From a virus (Duplodnaviria > Caudoviricetes): 64,000 bases of DNA. Location of the stretch: positions 44,391 through 108,390 of IMG/VR virus record IMGVR_UViG_3300024521_000001. One strand, 5' to 3'. Both the position numbers and the translations under genes were made by a program. Positions within the stretch are counted from its first letter, which is position 1; every line of letters begins with the position of its first letter. Shown in pieces: positions 20,459 through 30,715 of the stretch. The notes under the pieces are model-generated. The model was not told where the DNA came from. It saw nothing but the letters and a program-made list of their open reading frames with translations, and made no database searches.

Positions 20459-20761
20459 TTAAGGTAAAACTATGGTAACTGGAACTCTTTTCATTCCAAG
20501 TTCCCTCGCTGCTATCAGCCGATGGTTGCCGTCGATCAATAAGGCATCCACGTTCATCCTCTCAAGTCTTGGGCCGCTGCATTCAAGACGGAGTGGCTTT
20601 TTGATACCGTCCTTCTTGATCTGTTCCTTGAGCCAATCGATGGTGGCTCGATCCTTTTCTTCCGATGTGGCCACCGCGAACGGCTCCAGGAACTCAACCG
20701 GAAGCTCGTCGCCGTACAGACGCCTGTACTCATCAACCTGCTTGCGCAAATAGTCTTTCAA
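20459..20761 (-). CDS. ParB/Srx N-terminal domain protein
   Basis: LKEQIKKDGIKKPL...LLIDGNHRLIAARELGMKRVPV. Confidence 0.8.
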   Translation of the reverse strand: MKDYLRKQVDEYRRLYGDELPVEFLEPFAVATSEEKDRATIDWLKEQIKKDGIKKPLRLECSGPRLERMNVDALLIDGNHRLIAARELGMKRVPVTIVLP

Positions 20762-21710
20762 TGGTCCTCTGTTCTGATCTCATGAAAGTAAGCACAATGG
20801 CTACTCCTGCCTCATACCGTGCGTGACAATACTTTTCTTTGCCCAAGTCCTGGCCTTCACCTTGCTTCCCAAGCATCTTCTCGAGTACGCCGTAGAGGAT
20901 GTAGTGAAAGAACTCTGGAGTGATGTTCAAGAGGTCCCCAGAGCTCGTCAGCTTGGCGGGCAATATCGTGTAGGTCAGGGTGAAGTCCTGACCGACAGGC
21001 CCCACATCTCGATCCACTTCAAACCGCTTGGTCGTCAGGAGGTCCTGGTGGTACTGCTTGGGCACACCCGATGGCTGGTTCTTCCAGTTCCGGTCCTCCA
21101 TATCGAGCATCCAGCGATCGGTTCGGTGCAAGGGAACCTTGTTGAAGGTAATTCGATCAATACTCATAGAGTCAGTCGGCTCTGCGAACACGCGGTCACC
21201 AGCCGTAGCACCAACGGTGTCCTGTCTCTTGAAACAGCCTGTTCTGTCGAAAAAGTCCTTCTCAACATCATTGATGTAGCTGATGATCTCTGACTCGGTC
21301 CAGAAACCAGATGAGAAGGTGTCGTCCTCCTGGGTCATGAAAATGATCTGATCGAGCATGTCTTGAACCGTTTGAGGTCCCAGAGCGGCAGCGACAGATA
21401 GGGCATAGACGATATTGACCCCTTCCCCGGTTACATCTACATCAATAAAGATCGCGTCCAGGTCAATGAGAACGTCTGACCGCTTGCTTTCGAGGGCCTC
21501 AAAGGGCAGGGACATACCCACAAGCGGTGCTTCAAGGGTCACTCCGGCCAGGTCGGTATTGTCCACAGTGGAATCCCCGACGTAGACCTTTCCGGTGTTG
21601 GTCCGAAGCACCTGGATAAACACCCAATTCGTCTCAATCGACGTAGCCGAGAGTGGTACGGCTGTCCCGGCCGTGGTCGCAATAAAGTTATTGATCGTCG
21701 CCAACGTCAT
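20733..21710 (-). CDS. head-tail adaptor-like protein with an N-terminal family C domain
   Basis: FWTESEIISYINDVEKDF...LTYTILP...FFHYILYGV adaptor-type pattern. Confidence 0.65.
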   Translation of the reverse strand: MTLATINNFIATTAGTAVPLSATSIETNWVFIQVLRTNTGKVYVGDSTVDNTDLAGVTLEAPLVGMSLPFEALESKRSDVLIDLDAIFIDVDVTGEGVNIVYALSVAAALGPQTVQDMLDQIIFMTQEDDTFSSGFWTESEIISYINDVEKDFFDRTGCFKRQDTVGATAGDRVFAEPTDSMSIDRITFNKVPLHRTDRWMLDMEDRNWKNQPSGVPKQYHQDLLTTKRFEVDRDVGPVGQDFTLTYTILPAKLTSSGDLLNITPEFFHYILYGVLEKMLGKQGEGQDLGKEKYCHARYEAGVAIVLTFMRSEQRTIERLFAQAG

Positions 21711-21958
21711 CTTCTACCGCTCACCCTTCTCGCTTTCCGCTTCATACTTCTTCTTTCCTGCTTCTTCACCCGTCCAGCTTCCTTGTAAAAACTGCGGCTC
21801 CTCATACCCCTTCTTCGCTTCTTGGCAATTTGCCCAACCTGCCTGCCCGCCAAAGTTGTGTCACCCGGGACTCCAGTCATAGCAGTAGACCCCAGAGAGC
21901 TTTGTAAACTCCCCCCCTGTCCGGAGGTCCCAGGAATATCTCCTGTATTCGATACCAT
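21707..21958 (-). CDS. small protein with Arg/Lys-rich C-terminus
   Basis: Ends RRSMKRKARRVSGRR. Confidence 0.6.
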   Translation of the reverse strand: MVSNTGDIPGTSGQGGSLQSSLGSTAMTGVPGDTTLAGRQVGQIAKKRRRGMRSRSFYKEAGRVKKQERRSMKRKARRVSGRR

Positions 21959-22630
21959 CTATCTCCCTCGATTCGGAGTTGAGTATGAAGGCCCCGTATC
22001 CAAAGCGGGTTCTGCTGTCCAAATGACTGGCTGTTGGCTGTAAACCTTGCGGGCCACATCCCCCATTCGGTTTATGGCTGCCTTGAAAGCCGTCATAGCG
22101 TGTGCGAACTCGGGCCCGCCTTCCTTGAAACGGGAAACATGGAAGGTGTAATCCTCGATCGACTCAATGAACTCGTCGTCCATATCAATCGGATCGCCGT
22201 TGTCTTCGATAGTGGCGGGCAGCTTTAAGACAGCGAAATCCACTGTGATCGAAGCTGCTACGGTAGGCCGGGGAAAAACGGCAAAGAGGTTGCAACCGAC
22301 CGGAGCCCAACGCTTCAGGATGGCCCCTGTTTTTCCTTCCCAAAAACGATCCTCGCGGTCCAGGTCCTCCAGGGTGGCCCGTTCTAGCGACTTGTCTCCA
22401 ACTGAAGCCGCCATGACCGCTATTGTGTTGGTGGGTGGTGCGTAGAAGTTGTCGGTAGAGTCGGTAACGACTCCACTCTCCAGGTGCAGTTTAGCTGCTA
22501 AGTTGTTCAGCTCCTTCATGCCCTCGTTGAGATAGAGGAGCATTTCGGGCCGAGTCCAGAAAATAGGGGAAATCGTCTCGTCCAGTCTTTTGAGGACTAG
22601 GTCGATAACTTCCGCACCTGATATCGCCAT
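21959..22630 (-). CDS. head-tail adaptor-like protein
   Basis: Likely start MAISGAE at 22630; FWTRPEMLLYLNEG...FAVFPRP motif. Confidence 0.65.
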   Translation of the reverse strand: MAISGAEVIDLVLKRLDETISPIFWTRPEMLLYLNEGMKELNNLAAKLHLESGVVTDSTDNFYAPPTNTIAVMAASVGDKSLERATLEDLDREDRFWEGKTGAILKRWAPVGCNLFAVFPRPTVAASITVDFAVLKLPATIEDNGDPIDMDDEFIESIEDYTFHVSRFKEGGPEFAHAMTAFKAAINRMGDVARKVYSQQPVIWTAEPALDTGPSYSTPNRGR

Positions 22631-22632
22631 AG

Positions 22633-23799
22633 CTATACATGCCCTGCGTATGAATCCCAATCGTGACTTTGATGCCAATCGGCGCCGAAGCCTCCGAAGG
22701 GCCAATCCGCATACGACCACTGTTGCCGCATGATCATGGTGTTGTCGTCTTCCATTTCCATTGCTTCTATGTCCATAACGGCCTGGGATTTGAGCCGAGT
22801 GGCTTCCGCTGGATCGTAATAGATCCCCCCCTCAATTATCTTGTGCTTAGGCCAAACCAGAGCGTCCGCTGTGGTCAGTCGCACCAAAACATCGGAGCGG
22901 ATCCCATTGGGAAGAATGTCCCCGTCATCCTCCAGTGGTGGAAACTGGAAGTGATAGAAGAACGGGATAGCCTGCTGTGAAATCGGTCGGGGATAAAGCT
23001 CATAGAGCTGAGATCCAGCTGGATCAACCTCATGACTCACTACCATGTAGGTCGTCTGGGTCAGCGTACGGTGCGGATCCGCATAGTCGATCGTATCCTT
23101 GGGCATATGGATGATGATTCGATACCGCCGTTCCAGATTGACCACGGAGATCAACATCTTCAGGTCGGGTGCAAAGTTGGTGTAAACCAAGCTGAGCGAA
23201 TAGGTGGCTCCTATTTCATCAGGCTGCGCAAACACTTTGTCCATTAAGAAACGAGTTGGACTAGAGATTCCGGTTACCGTGTAGAACGGCGAATTGATGC
23301 CGACCTTCAACTGCAAGTTGCTGAGCGAAGATACCGTGACTGTTTCGGTAGCAAGGTGGGTCTTGGCGAAAGCGGCCTGAAAGGTCGTCGCGGTGGTGGA
23401 AATGACGTAAACGGCTTCTTCGTTGGCCCCTCCACCGTCGATCAACACATAGGTGTTGGGTTCGATCCCCGCCATCGAAGTGGGAGTGGCATCCAGGACC
23501 TCGGCTGAGATCACATCGGCCGCAAGGTCTGTGCTAACCAGATCACCCACAGGCCAGGCCGTAGCCGTTCCTGTGACCACATTGGAGCCACTGATAGCGT
23601 CAATCGTGCCTACGGCATAAGCAGCAGGAACGGAGAGAATCTGTACCTTGGTCAGACCACTCCACACCCGCTTGGAAGTTACAAGACGGAGGTTGTCGTT
23701 AATCTTCCTGCGTAACAGCTGTGGGGGATATTTCGGGCAGACCGAGAGAACGTGGTCTTGCATCTCCCGAAAATTCTCTTGAAACCGTCCACCTGGCAT
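22633..23799 (-). CDS. head-tail adaptor-like protein with beta-rich insertion
   Basis: LRRKINDNLR...YELYPRP adaptor pattern around a GSNVVTGTATAW-type insert. Confidence 0.6.
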   Translation of the reverse strand: MPGGRFQENFREMQDHVLSVCPKYPPQLLRRKINDNLRLVTSKRVWSGLTKVQILSVPAAYAVGTIDAISGSNVVTGTATAWPVGDLVSTDLAADVISAEVLDATPTSMAGIEPNTYVLIDGGGANEEAVYVISTTATTFQAAFAKTHLATETVTVSSLSNLQLKVGINSPFYTVTGISSPTRFLMDKVFAQPDEIGATYSLSLVYTNFAPDLKMLISVVNLERRYRIIIHMPKDTIDYADPHRTLTQTTYMVVSHEVDPAGSQLYELYPRPISQQAIPFFYHFQFPPLEDDGDILPNGIRSDVLVRLTTADALVWPKHKIIEGGIYYDPAEATRLKSQAVMDIEAMEMEDDNTMIMRQQWSYADWPFGGFGADWHQSHDWDSYAGHV

Positions 23800-23816
23800 T
23801 CAACACCCCGCAACCC

Positions 23817-24140
23817 CTATCCGATACCCAAAGCCAAGACGCGCACTGTCAGAGCCGACAGATCCGTGGCGTTGATAACCTCTGCCATAGCCTGGGCAGC
23901 ACCAGCGGATTCAAAGGCCAGTAGCAGATCGTTGTCAGGGTCGTATTGGATTACCCTTCCATCGGCGGCTCCAAGCCCACCTTGATCGGAAATCAGCTGG
24001 TTCACGCGACCCAAACCCAAATCGGCGGCTGTCAGAGCCTCACCACCGGTGGGATAGGAAGAATCGAAGGTGATATCAACCCTCACACCCCGCTCGTTTC
24101 CTACCGACAGATCTTCTCGGTTCGCAAAAGTTAAAGGCAT
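23817..24140 (-). CDS. small structural protein
   Basis: ITFDSSYPTGGEAL...EVINATDLS motif recalled from genes downstream of capsid genes. Confidence 0.7.
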   Translation of the reverse strand: MPLTFANREDLSVGNERGVRVDITFDSSYPTGGEALTAADLGLGRVNQLISDQGGLGAADGRVIQYDPDNDLLLAFESAGAAQAMAEVINATDLSALTVRVLALGIG

Positions 24141-24220
24141 AGTTACACCTCTCCTTTGTTCAAAGTAGGAGGGGCCACAAGGACCCCTCCCGTTGTGCTT
24201 GCTTTACCGCTTCGCGCAGC

Positions 24221-24772
24221 CTACCAGTCGAGATTCGTGAGAATCACGGAGTTCTGGTTGCTTACACGCGCACTGATCACACCACCGTAGACGGTGTCGA
24301 TGGGTGCAGCTCCCGCTACACTCCTACCAAACACCAAATCGGTTGTGCTACCAATGACCTTGTCTCCAGCTGCTGTGGAGGCAGCGGTGTTGACCAAAGC
24401 CACACCACCCACCTGCAAGTAGCAGAAATTGCCGTCAGTGACGACATTTCCATAGACTCCAGCAACGGCGTTGACGCCACCGATACTATCGGTTTGGTCG
24501 GAAGTCACCGTATAGACACCGGTCTCGGGATCTAAAACGGAGAAATACGCGACTCCACCTACAGTAACGGCAACAGCACCGCTGCCTTCATCATGGAGGA
24601 CATAGCGGAAAAGGTTGCCCTCATGTCGGACAATCGCCCCTAAGACTCCCGGAGAGATACTTCCCGGCAAACCAGGAGACTCTTGGAATCTCTCTGCCTC
24701 GTTGACCGTTCTAGGGTCCCCGGTACTGATCTGGGTAGTCTGTGGTGAAAGTCCAAAGCGTTCGCCTGCCAT
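24221..24772 (-). CDS. capsid decoration/cement-like protein
   Basis: Directly after the major capsid gene; GNLFRYV...FCYLQVGG pattern. Confidence 0.65.
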   Translation of the reverse strand: MAGERFGLSPQTTQISTGDPRTVNEAERFQESPGLPGSISPGVLGAIVRHEGNLFRYVLHDEGSGAVAVTVGGVAYFSVLDPETGVYTVTSDQTDSIGGVNAVAGVYGNVVTDGNFCYLQVGGVALVNTAASTAAGDKVIGSTTDLVFGRSVAGAAPIDTVYGGVISARVSNQNSVILTNLDW

Positions 24773-24793
24773 AATTTATCTCCTTTCTTTCAC

Positions 24794-25762
24794 CTATTGA
24801 GCGATATCCGTCAGAATGAAATTGAGACGAGGAGCGGGGAACAGTAGGTTTCCTGCGAACAGGTACTGGCCGGCCACGTCATCCGTGTTCTGGGCTTCCT
24901 TCCAACCGGTGAACCCAAACTGGTACTTCCGGTTGGTGGTGATCCAAAACTGCGCATGTTTCGTGTTCATGCCAATCAACTGCTGTGCAGGTTGATACTG
25001 ATCCACGACCATCTGAGCTCCATTCCATCGAAGCGACATGAACCCGATCTTTGCCACATCGGAAGATTCCTCGAGGAATCTCTGCTGAGGCTGGATTTTA
25101 TTCCAGAACAGGTTCCACACTTCTTGGTCAGAAGTCATCAGATCGACGTGCTCCGCACCGAACCAGGCCGCACCAAACGCGGTTTGCACCCCGCTCAGTG
25201 TGAGTGTCGGGAGACTAGCGAAGTAGCCATTGACCCCGGCATTCTGCGTCCCGTCAGGAACGATATCGCTCCTGTCGATGCCGCCATACGAACCAAAATT
25301 CGTCCCGTTGTCGAAAGCCGCCTCCATACCGTCCAACTGGAGAGTTGAACTGTTGGTTCCCTGGCCATCCAGGTACATATCCGTGGCTAACAACTTCGCC
25401 ATTTTGCCTGCGGCATTGACGAGCTTGCTTTCCACATAGGACATGGCTGCTTCCGGACCTCGGTTGAGAACATTGTCCGTACCGAAGAGGGTGACGTTGA
25501 CGTAGTAGTACTTGACGTTGACCTCGACAGCGGTGTCGGTCTCAACATACGACGTATCAAACGTCCCACCTCGGCTAAAGGCATCACCAGTCAGCTCGGC
25601 GTAGATAATCGGATGACGAATCGTCCGACCACCCTCAAAACGCTCAGCGTTTCGAGTACGCAAACGAGTGAAGACCGGGGAAGCCTCGTAGACGTTGTCC
25701 ACCAACCGTGGGATGATGAATCGGTTCGTTTTCGAACTAATGTCATCAAAGGTTAGTGCCAT
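24794..25762 (-). CDS. major capsid protein
   Basis: 322 aa; LVDNVY.ASP.F..L...GGRTIRHPIIY and YGGIDRS motifs; follows the scaffold gene. Confidence 0.9.
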   Translation of the reverse strand: MALTFDDISSKTNRFIIPRLVDNVYEASPVFTRLRTRNAERFEGGRTIRHPIIYAELTGDAFSRGGTFDTSYVETDTAVEVNVKYYYVNVTLFGTDNVLNRGPEAAMSYVESKLVNAAGKMAKLLATDMYLDGQGTNSSTLQLDGMEAAFDNGTNFGSYGGIDRSDIVPDGTQNAGVNGYFASLPTLTLSGVQTAFGAAWFGAEHVDLMTSDQEVWNLFWNKIQPQQRFLEESSDVAKIGFMSLRWNGAQMVVDQYQPAQQLIGMNTKHAQFWITTNRKYQFGFTGWKEAQNTDDVAGQYLFAGNLLFPAPRLNFILTDIAQ

Positions 25763-25946
25763 TACTTCCTCCTTGAATTAACAAATAAAACAACAAGTGG
25801 CTTGCTTTGGCACTTTCGACTTCCCGAACAGCCTTGCACTTGTGGGTTGCGGCTGTGGTTTTCGAGGCCACGGCCTTCCCACTTGGCTTGCGGCGACGGG
25901 CTGCGACGGCTGAGCCTTGCAGACCTGTCCCTTTTCCCTATCCCTT

Positions 25947-26861
25947 CTAGTCGGGGGCCACTTTCCCTTCTTTACGAAGCTCGGCAGCAGCGGCCTGTGC
26001 CGCTTGCTTGGTTGTCAAGGCGCTACCGCCATCTGCTTCCTTGCCGAGCTGCTCTAGTCTCGTTTCAACGGGGCCTTTACCCATGCTTGCCGCCCCATCG
26101 TTGTCTAATGGAAACTGCATCTTGGACTCAATCTTCGTCCGTTCATCCTTGCGGGCAGCTTCGATCTTTGCGTCCACTCGCTTGTCGCTCACATAGAGAT
26201 CGTAAGCGTTCTTGAAGTCCTCCTGGGACCCGACCATCTTCCTTTCGGTCGCATACTTGATGAACTCTTCACGGTCCAGGGCCGCACCGAACTCTGTGTT
26301 GTGGTTTTGATTGAGATCCATCAAAAGGAACACATTGTCGTAGATGTTGCCTGCGAGTCGATTACCACCCTCCATCAACATTTTTTCAGCCTCTTCCTGG
26401 GTGAAGGCATCTCCATTGGACGCGACATTTTTCAGTTCCTTGACTTCCGCACGAAGGCCTGTGAGTTCCTTCAGCATCTCGCCTTCTTCTCCAGCTTCAA
26501 AGTTCCCCGAGCGAATTTTGTCTTCAAGCTGAGTGATCTTTTCATCCCTTTCGGTCAACTTCGATTCCATGCCCTCTCGGGCAGAGACATTGTCCTTGAC
26601 GACCTTTTCCGCATCCTCTTTCCACTTGCTCCACTTTTCAGATCGGTCATTGACCTCGGTCTCTTTCTTTGTGAGTTCGTCTTCTTTGGTCTTCAGCTCC
26701 TCCTTACCCTCATTCATCTTCCGGTCGTAGTCGGACTGACGGAGCCAACCAGCCTGAAGTTCATCCGGAGCGTTCTCCATAGTCTTGAGGAGCTGGCTCC
26801 GATAAGCGTCAGTCATGTCAGTTTTTTCGATAAATTCTTTCAGTTCTGGTCTCAAAGGCAT
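25947..26861 (-). CDS. capsid scaffolding protein
   Basis: Charged coiled coil with GWLRQSDYDRKM motif, immediately upstream of the capsid gene. Confidence 0.85.
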   Translation of the reverse strand: MPLRPELKEFIEKTDMTDAYRSQLLKTMENAPDELQAGWLRQSDYDRKMNEGKEELKTKEDELTKKETEVNDRSEKWSKWKEDAEKVVKDNVSAREGMESKLTERDEKITQLEDKIRSGNFEAGEEGEMLKELTGLRAEVKELKNVASNGDAFTQEEAEKMLMEGGNRLAGNIYDNVFLLMDLNQNHNTEFGAALDREEFIKYATERKMVGSQEDFKNAYDLYVSDKRVDAKIEAARKDERTKIESKMQFPLDNDGAASMGKGPVETRLEQLGKEADGGSALTTKQAAQAAAAELRKEGKVAPD

Positions 26862-27048
26862 CGTTTCAACTCCTTCAGCTTCCTTTCGCTTTCCCCGAAG
26901 GGATTGCGCGAGAGGTTGCGCATTAGGGATTAAAAATATTTAATCTGGAGAAGGACTATGCTAGGATGGGTTTTCCTATTACCCCATCTGGAGTCCTTCT
27001 CCGGATCAACTGCCCTGGGGGAACCATTCCCCCGGGGCTTTTGCGTTT

Positions 27049-27600
27049 TTACACGCTTACAGGAACCTTCGTTCCCATATTTACTGCTGGCATCGCACCC
27101 AACGGCGGTTGTTCGGGTTTAGCTCCACCGACCTGATCTCTAGTGACCTCTTCTCTCATAGTGGCGATAAAATAGCGAATATCAGGGAGAAGTTCTGGAA
27201 AGTCCACCTTCGCCAGTTCCGCTTCCAGGGCAACCGCTGTCTGAATCGCACCACCTGAATCTGGCATAGCATCCAGGGGTGTAGCCGGTACCGCAGTCCC
27301 CGATTCCGATATCTTCTTCGTCAGCTTCGTGATCAGCCCATCGGCGACGGGAGCAAGTCCCGGTTTCATTTGGACCAGTTTCGCGGCGAGCGAAGTAATA
27401 AGATTCAGATTGGGTTCTCCAGGGATTTCCCCCGGAAGTCCTGGGGGTTGCTGCGCTCCTGGCGGTGCTGGAGCTGGACCTGGAGCTGGTTGCGCACCTA
27501 ACTGCGCTCCGGGAGTTTGTTGAGCTGGTCCCGGCGGCTGCATTTGCGCTGCCACATCCAGTGACGGTGGGGGCGGGATGCCTAGATCGGTGTAAGCCAT
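27049..27600 (-). CDS. Pro/Gln-rich hypothetical protein
   Basis: 183 aa, between portal and scaffold. Confidence 0.6.
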   Translation of the reverse strand: MAYTDLGIPPPPSLDVAAQMQPPGPAQQTPGAQLGAQPAPGPAPAPPGAQQPPGLPGEIPGEPNLNLITSLAAKLVQMKPGLAPVADGLITKLTKKISESGTAVPATPLDAMPDSGGAIQTAVALEAELAKVDFPELLPDIRYFIATMREEVTRDQVGGAKPEQPPLGAMPAVNMGTKVPVSV

Positions 27601-27615
27601 GTTAGAAGGTGCTCC

Positions 27616-27837
27616 CTAGTAGCCCTTCCCCATTCCCTTACCGGAGTCTCCACCTCTCTCACCGCCTGGCCGCTTCTGGTTCACAGAAATCGGCTCAGGA
27701 GAGTGCGGGCAGAACACGGCCGGGGAAGTGAATCCATCGGGAGACGACCCCGGAGGGTAGGTCCCTGGATCGTGACCGGGATAAGCGGCCGGGGTAACGA
27801 GATCGTGACCGCCGCCTTTCTTGTTGCTGTAAGCCAT
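27616..27837 (-). CDS. small Gly/Pro-rich protein
   Basis: GGAGG SD; 73 aa. Confidence 0.55.
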   Translation of the reverse strand: MAYSNKKGGGHDLVTPAAYPGHDPGTYPPGSSPDGFTSPAVFCPHSPEPISVNQKRPGGERGGDSGKGMGKGY

Positions 27838-27843
27838 TGCTTT

Positions 27844-28062
27844 TTACCTCCTGTTGTGTCGCCCTTTTGAGCGACGGGTTTTCCGTCGCGTTTCCCGAGT
27901 CGCTTTGCGCTGCTCGGAAGCTGCTATTGCGGTAGCTACCTTTACGTCCCTGACGATTTCACCACTACCGCCATGGTGAAGTGTTCGGTTGCCATACTCG
28001 CCCATGACCCTCTTGAATTTCGGGCCAACTGGCATTTTCCCTTTGGGCGGTTGTTTAGCCAT
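27844..28062 (-). CDS. small basic protein
   Basis: KFKRVMGEY..RTLHHG.SG.IV...KVATAIAASE motif recalled from phage head modules, plus an Arg-rich tail. Confidence 0.7.
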   Translation of the reverse strand: MAKQPPKGKMPVGPKFKRVMGEYGNRTLHHGGSGEIVRDVKVATAIAASEQRKATRETRRKTRRSKGRHNRR

Positions 28063-28091
28063 ACACTTCTATTCTCAGCATAAATAGCTTG

Positions 28092-29990
28092 TCAAGCTAG
28101 TTGCAGTAAATTCCCTATGTTTTGGGAGCCTTTTCCTCCGGGCCCGCCTGCTCCTCCTCCTGCCTGTTGAGCGAGCATTTGACTCAGAGCCATCCTGCGA
28201 ATCATGGCTACTTCTTCTTCGCCCAACTCCTTCATGACTCTCTTGTATTCGTTCTCCATTCCAAGTTTCCGGAACAACGCTTGCGTGCTGTACCTTCCTT
28301 CCTTGGCTAAGGCGAAAGCCACAAGAGCTTCTTTCTCGCGGGTAGCATTGAGTGTGCTTCCTTGCGCCATCAGAAAGACGAACTGCTTTCTGTGATCTCT
28401 GGGATGGATGCCATGGGGAACCATCGTTCCCGGATCCCAATCAAAAACGTCCTCGAAGGTCACTCCGTCAGAACCCAAAAGGAACATTCGCCGCCGCACG
28501 TCATAGAACTGCATGAAATTGGAGATCATCTGTTCGCCCATCTCCCTCAGTGCCACTTCCATGTAACGACCCCGGAGCCTCATGATGGTCTGTTGGTTTT
28601 CTCTGAGCTGCTCCAAGGTGTTTCCAGCTGGCGTGATTTTCTTGCGGGACAATCCTCCAACATCGAGTAGGCCCGAATCGTCATCCATTTCCTGCTGAGC
28701 ATAGAGAAGTGTGTTTTGAACAAAACTTGGTAGATCAGGAATCCGACCATACTGTGGCGCAGCGGGGGACTGTGGGCTGTACCCAATCTTGGCGTTGGGC
28801 ATATTCGGATCCATCTGTGCCTTGACCGCGTAGCTGAAAGCGTTGTCCGGGAAGATGAGCGGAGGGTTGACTGCCTTCTTGATCATATCCAAGATCCCGG
28901 CCAGGACCGTGTTGACGATATCCTGCATCGGGATCTTGGTACGCAATTCGCTGACACCATGAAATTGCCAGGGGACCGGCTTGAGTCGAACCGTAATGAA
29001 AGGGTAACGACCGTGCCAGTAAGGATTAGGACCATCGTACATCAGATCGAACTCGTCCCCACCCGTGATGATGAGTCTGCCACGAGGGTAGAGCTGGTTC
29101 CCAGGTTCAACTCGATAGGCCCAATTCGTATCAGTCGGACCCATGATCACAGCATTATCGCTGGTATTGAGTTGATAATCTTTAATCCAAAACTCTGTGT
29201 ATGGTGCTTGTTGAAGGACACCTGGGAGATACTGAGGGACTCCACCAATAACTCGCTTCATCTGAGGAGACAGAAGCTCAAAGGCATGCTGGCCGACATA
29301 CTTGGGCCGCGAGAACGGACGAGCGTAACTGCTGTGCTCAACGCTTGGTTTTACTTTCCATCCGGCGAGGGGAAACCGCCTTTTGAAAAAGGACAGCGAT
29401 CGGCTCGTTCTATAAACAACCCCTTCCCAATCCTGTAATTCATAGCTTGGTCCTATTGGCATCACTTCAGCGATACCAAGTGGGACCAGCTGAAAGTCAC
29501 CTTCTCCACCCATAAGGCTGGAGTTCCAGACAATTCTCAAGAAGCCGGTACTGAGGTAGGCGTGAATGGTCGCCATGGCTAGCTTCAGGTCATTGTCCTG
29601 CATGAGCCACCACGCTTTTGTGGTCTTTGAGTAAATTTCAGCTTGTTCGTGGTAGATAGAATTGAGGGCCTGGACTTCGAAGGTGGGTCGAACATCGGTC
29701 AGAACGGCTGTCACTTCCTCAAGCTGTCTCAGTAGACGGTTGTTGATTGGTGCAGCCTTATAAGAGGGTCTCTTGGTAGGCCACTGGTTCCCCATCAAGT
29801 AGGAGATGTGTTGATCTATCTGGCGTACTTCCTCAGAAGCCGACATGTATTGCCAAGCCTGTTCATGGGCGGTGTGGCAATAGTCCTTTAGCCTCTTCTC
29901 CTGCTTCACTGGATCGAGTCCTGGCTGGTACTGGAGAAGCTCCCAGGGCTGTTCTGGAATTGTGTCGTCTAAATTGTCAAATACTGCCAT
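28092..29990 (-). CDS. portal protein (P22-like)
   Basis: 632 aa; YLMGNQW, NRL, PYWHGRYPF and QDIVN motifs; downstream of TerL. Confidence 0.9.
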   Translation of the reverse strand: MAVFDNLDDTIPEQPWELLQYQPGLDPVKQEKRLKDYCHTAHEQAWQYMSASEEVRQIDQHISYLMGNQWPTKRPSYKAAPINNRLLRQLEEVTAVLTDVRPTFEVQALNSIYHEQAEIYSKTTKAWWLMQDNDLKLAMATIHAYLSTGFLRIVWNSSLMGGEGDFQLVPLGIAEVMPIGPSYELQDWEGVVYRTSRSLSFFKRRFPLAGWKVKPSVEHSSYARPFSRPKYVGQHAFELLSPQMKRVIGGVPQYLPGVLQQAPYTEFWIKDYQLNTSDNAVIMGPTDTNWAYRVEPGNQLYPRGRLIITGGDEFDLMYDGPNPYWHGRYPFITVRLKPVPWQFHGVSELRTKIPMQDIVNTVLAGILDMIKKAVNPPLIFPDNAFSYAVKAQMDPNMPNAKIGYSPQSPAAPQYGRIPDLPSFVQNTLLYAQQEMDDDSGLLDVGGLSRKKITPAGNTLEQLRENQQTIMRLRGRYMEVALREMGEQMISNFMQFYDVRRRMFLLGSDGVTFEDVFDWDPGTMVPHGIHPRDHRKQFVFLMAQGSTLNATREKEALVAFALAKEGRYSTQALFRKLGMENEYKRVMKELGEEEVAMIRRMALSQMLAQQAGGGAGGPGGKGSQNIGNLLQLA

Positions 29991-30357
29991 GGGATTTCTT
30001 TGCTTGTTCCTGTCGTCGGTATTCGCCTGGGCTCATGATTATTTTTGAGCCAGGGATTTCTTCAACCTTCGGTGGTCTGGACACTTCTATCTCGGCATCA
30101 CACCCATACTGATTGCAATAGAACACAACATCTCCGTTTTCTCGGAGGTAGATCACATCGTAGGCGACTCGTTTTTGTCGACGGTCACATTTCGGGCAGA
30201 TGAAAGTCATGTACTCGGAGCCTTCTTCCTTGTACCGCATGATCCGCTTCATCATGCGACCCGTAACGGTGTCCTTATACTTTTCTTTGCGGTCGACCAG
30301 GCCCCCGCCACTGTTGGTGATTTTCAGGGCTGTCGCATGAAGAACGAGTCGCGTCAT
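29977..30357 (-). CDS. zinc-ribbon protein
   Basis: CPKC...CNQYGC. Confidence 0.6.
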   Translation of the reverse strand: MTRLVLHATALKITNSGGGLVDRKEKYKDTVTGRMMKRIMRYKEEGSEYMTFICPKCDRRQKRVAYDVIYLRENGDVVFYCNQYGCDAEIEVSRPPKVEEIPGSKIIMSPGEYRRQEQAKKSHGSI

Positions 30358-30713
30358 CGGCCCTTTCTCCCCGCATCGAAATAGGTGCGGTTCGCTGTGT
30401 CTTTGTGCCTGAATCGCTGGTTGTGAGGTTTGGTTCCCTCGGAGATTAGGTTGGGATCAGCGATCTGCTGCACTCCAAATCTGTTTTGAAGGTGACTCAG
30501 ATCTTTTTGAGTGCGCACTTTCAGCGGTTTTCCTTCAGGATGAATGTGAGTCGTGGTGAAAGGCTCAAAGGGAGCGTTGACCGCTGTACTGAACAGCATT
30601 TCCATACGCTCCCCACAGCAGCTCGGCCAGATTGGTTCTGGGTCGAATTGCACGTTGGGAACGTCGAGTTCCTTACGTCCACATTTTGAGCACTCAAAAT
30701 CCCAAATGGGCAT
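30354..30713 (-). CDS. FmdB-like zinc-ribbon protein
   Basis: MPIWDFECSKCG...CCGERM. Confidence 0.75.
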   Translation of the reverse strand: MPIWDFECSKCGRKELDVPNVQFDPEPIWPSCCGERMEMLFSTAVNAPFEPFTTTHIHPEGKPLKVRTQKDLSHLQNRFGVQQIADPNLISEGTKPHNQRFRHKDTANRTYFDAGRKGR

Positions 30714-30715
30714 GA

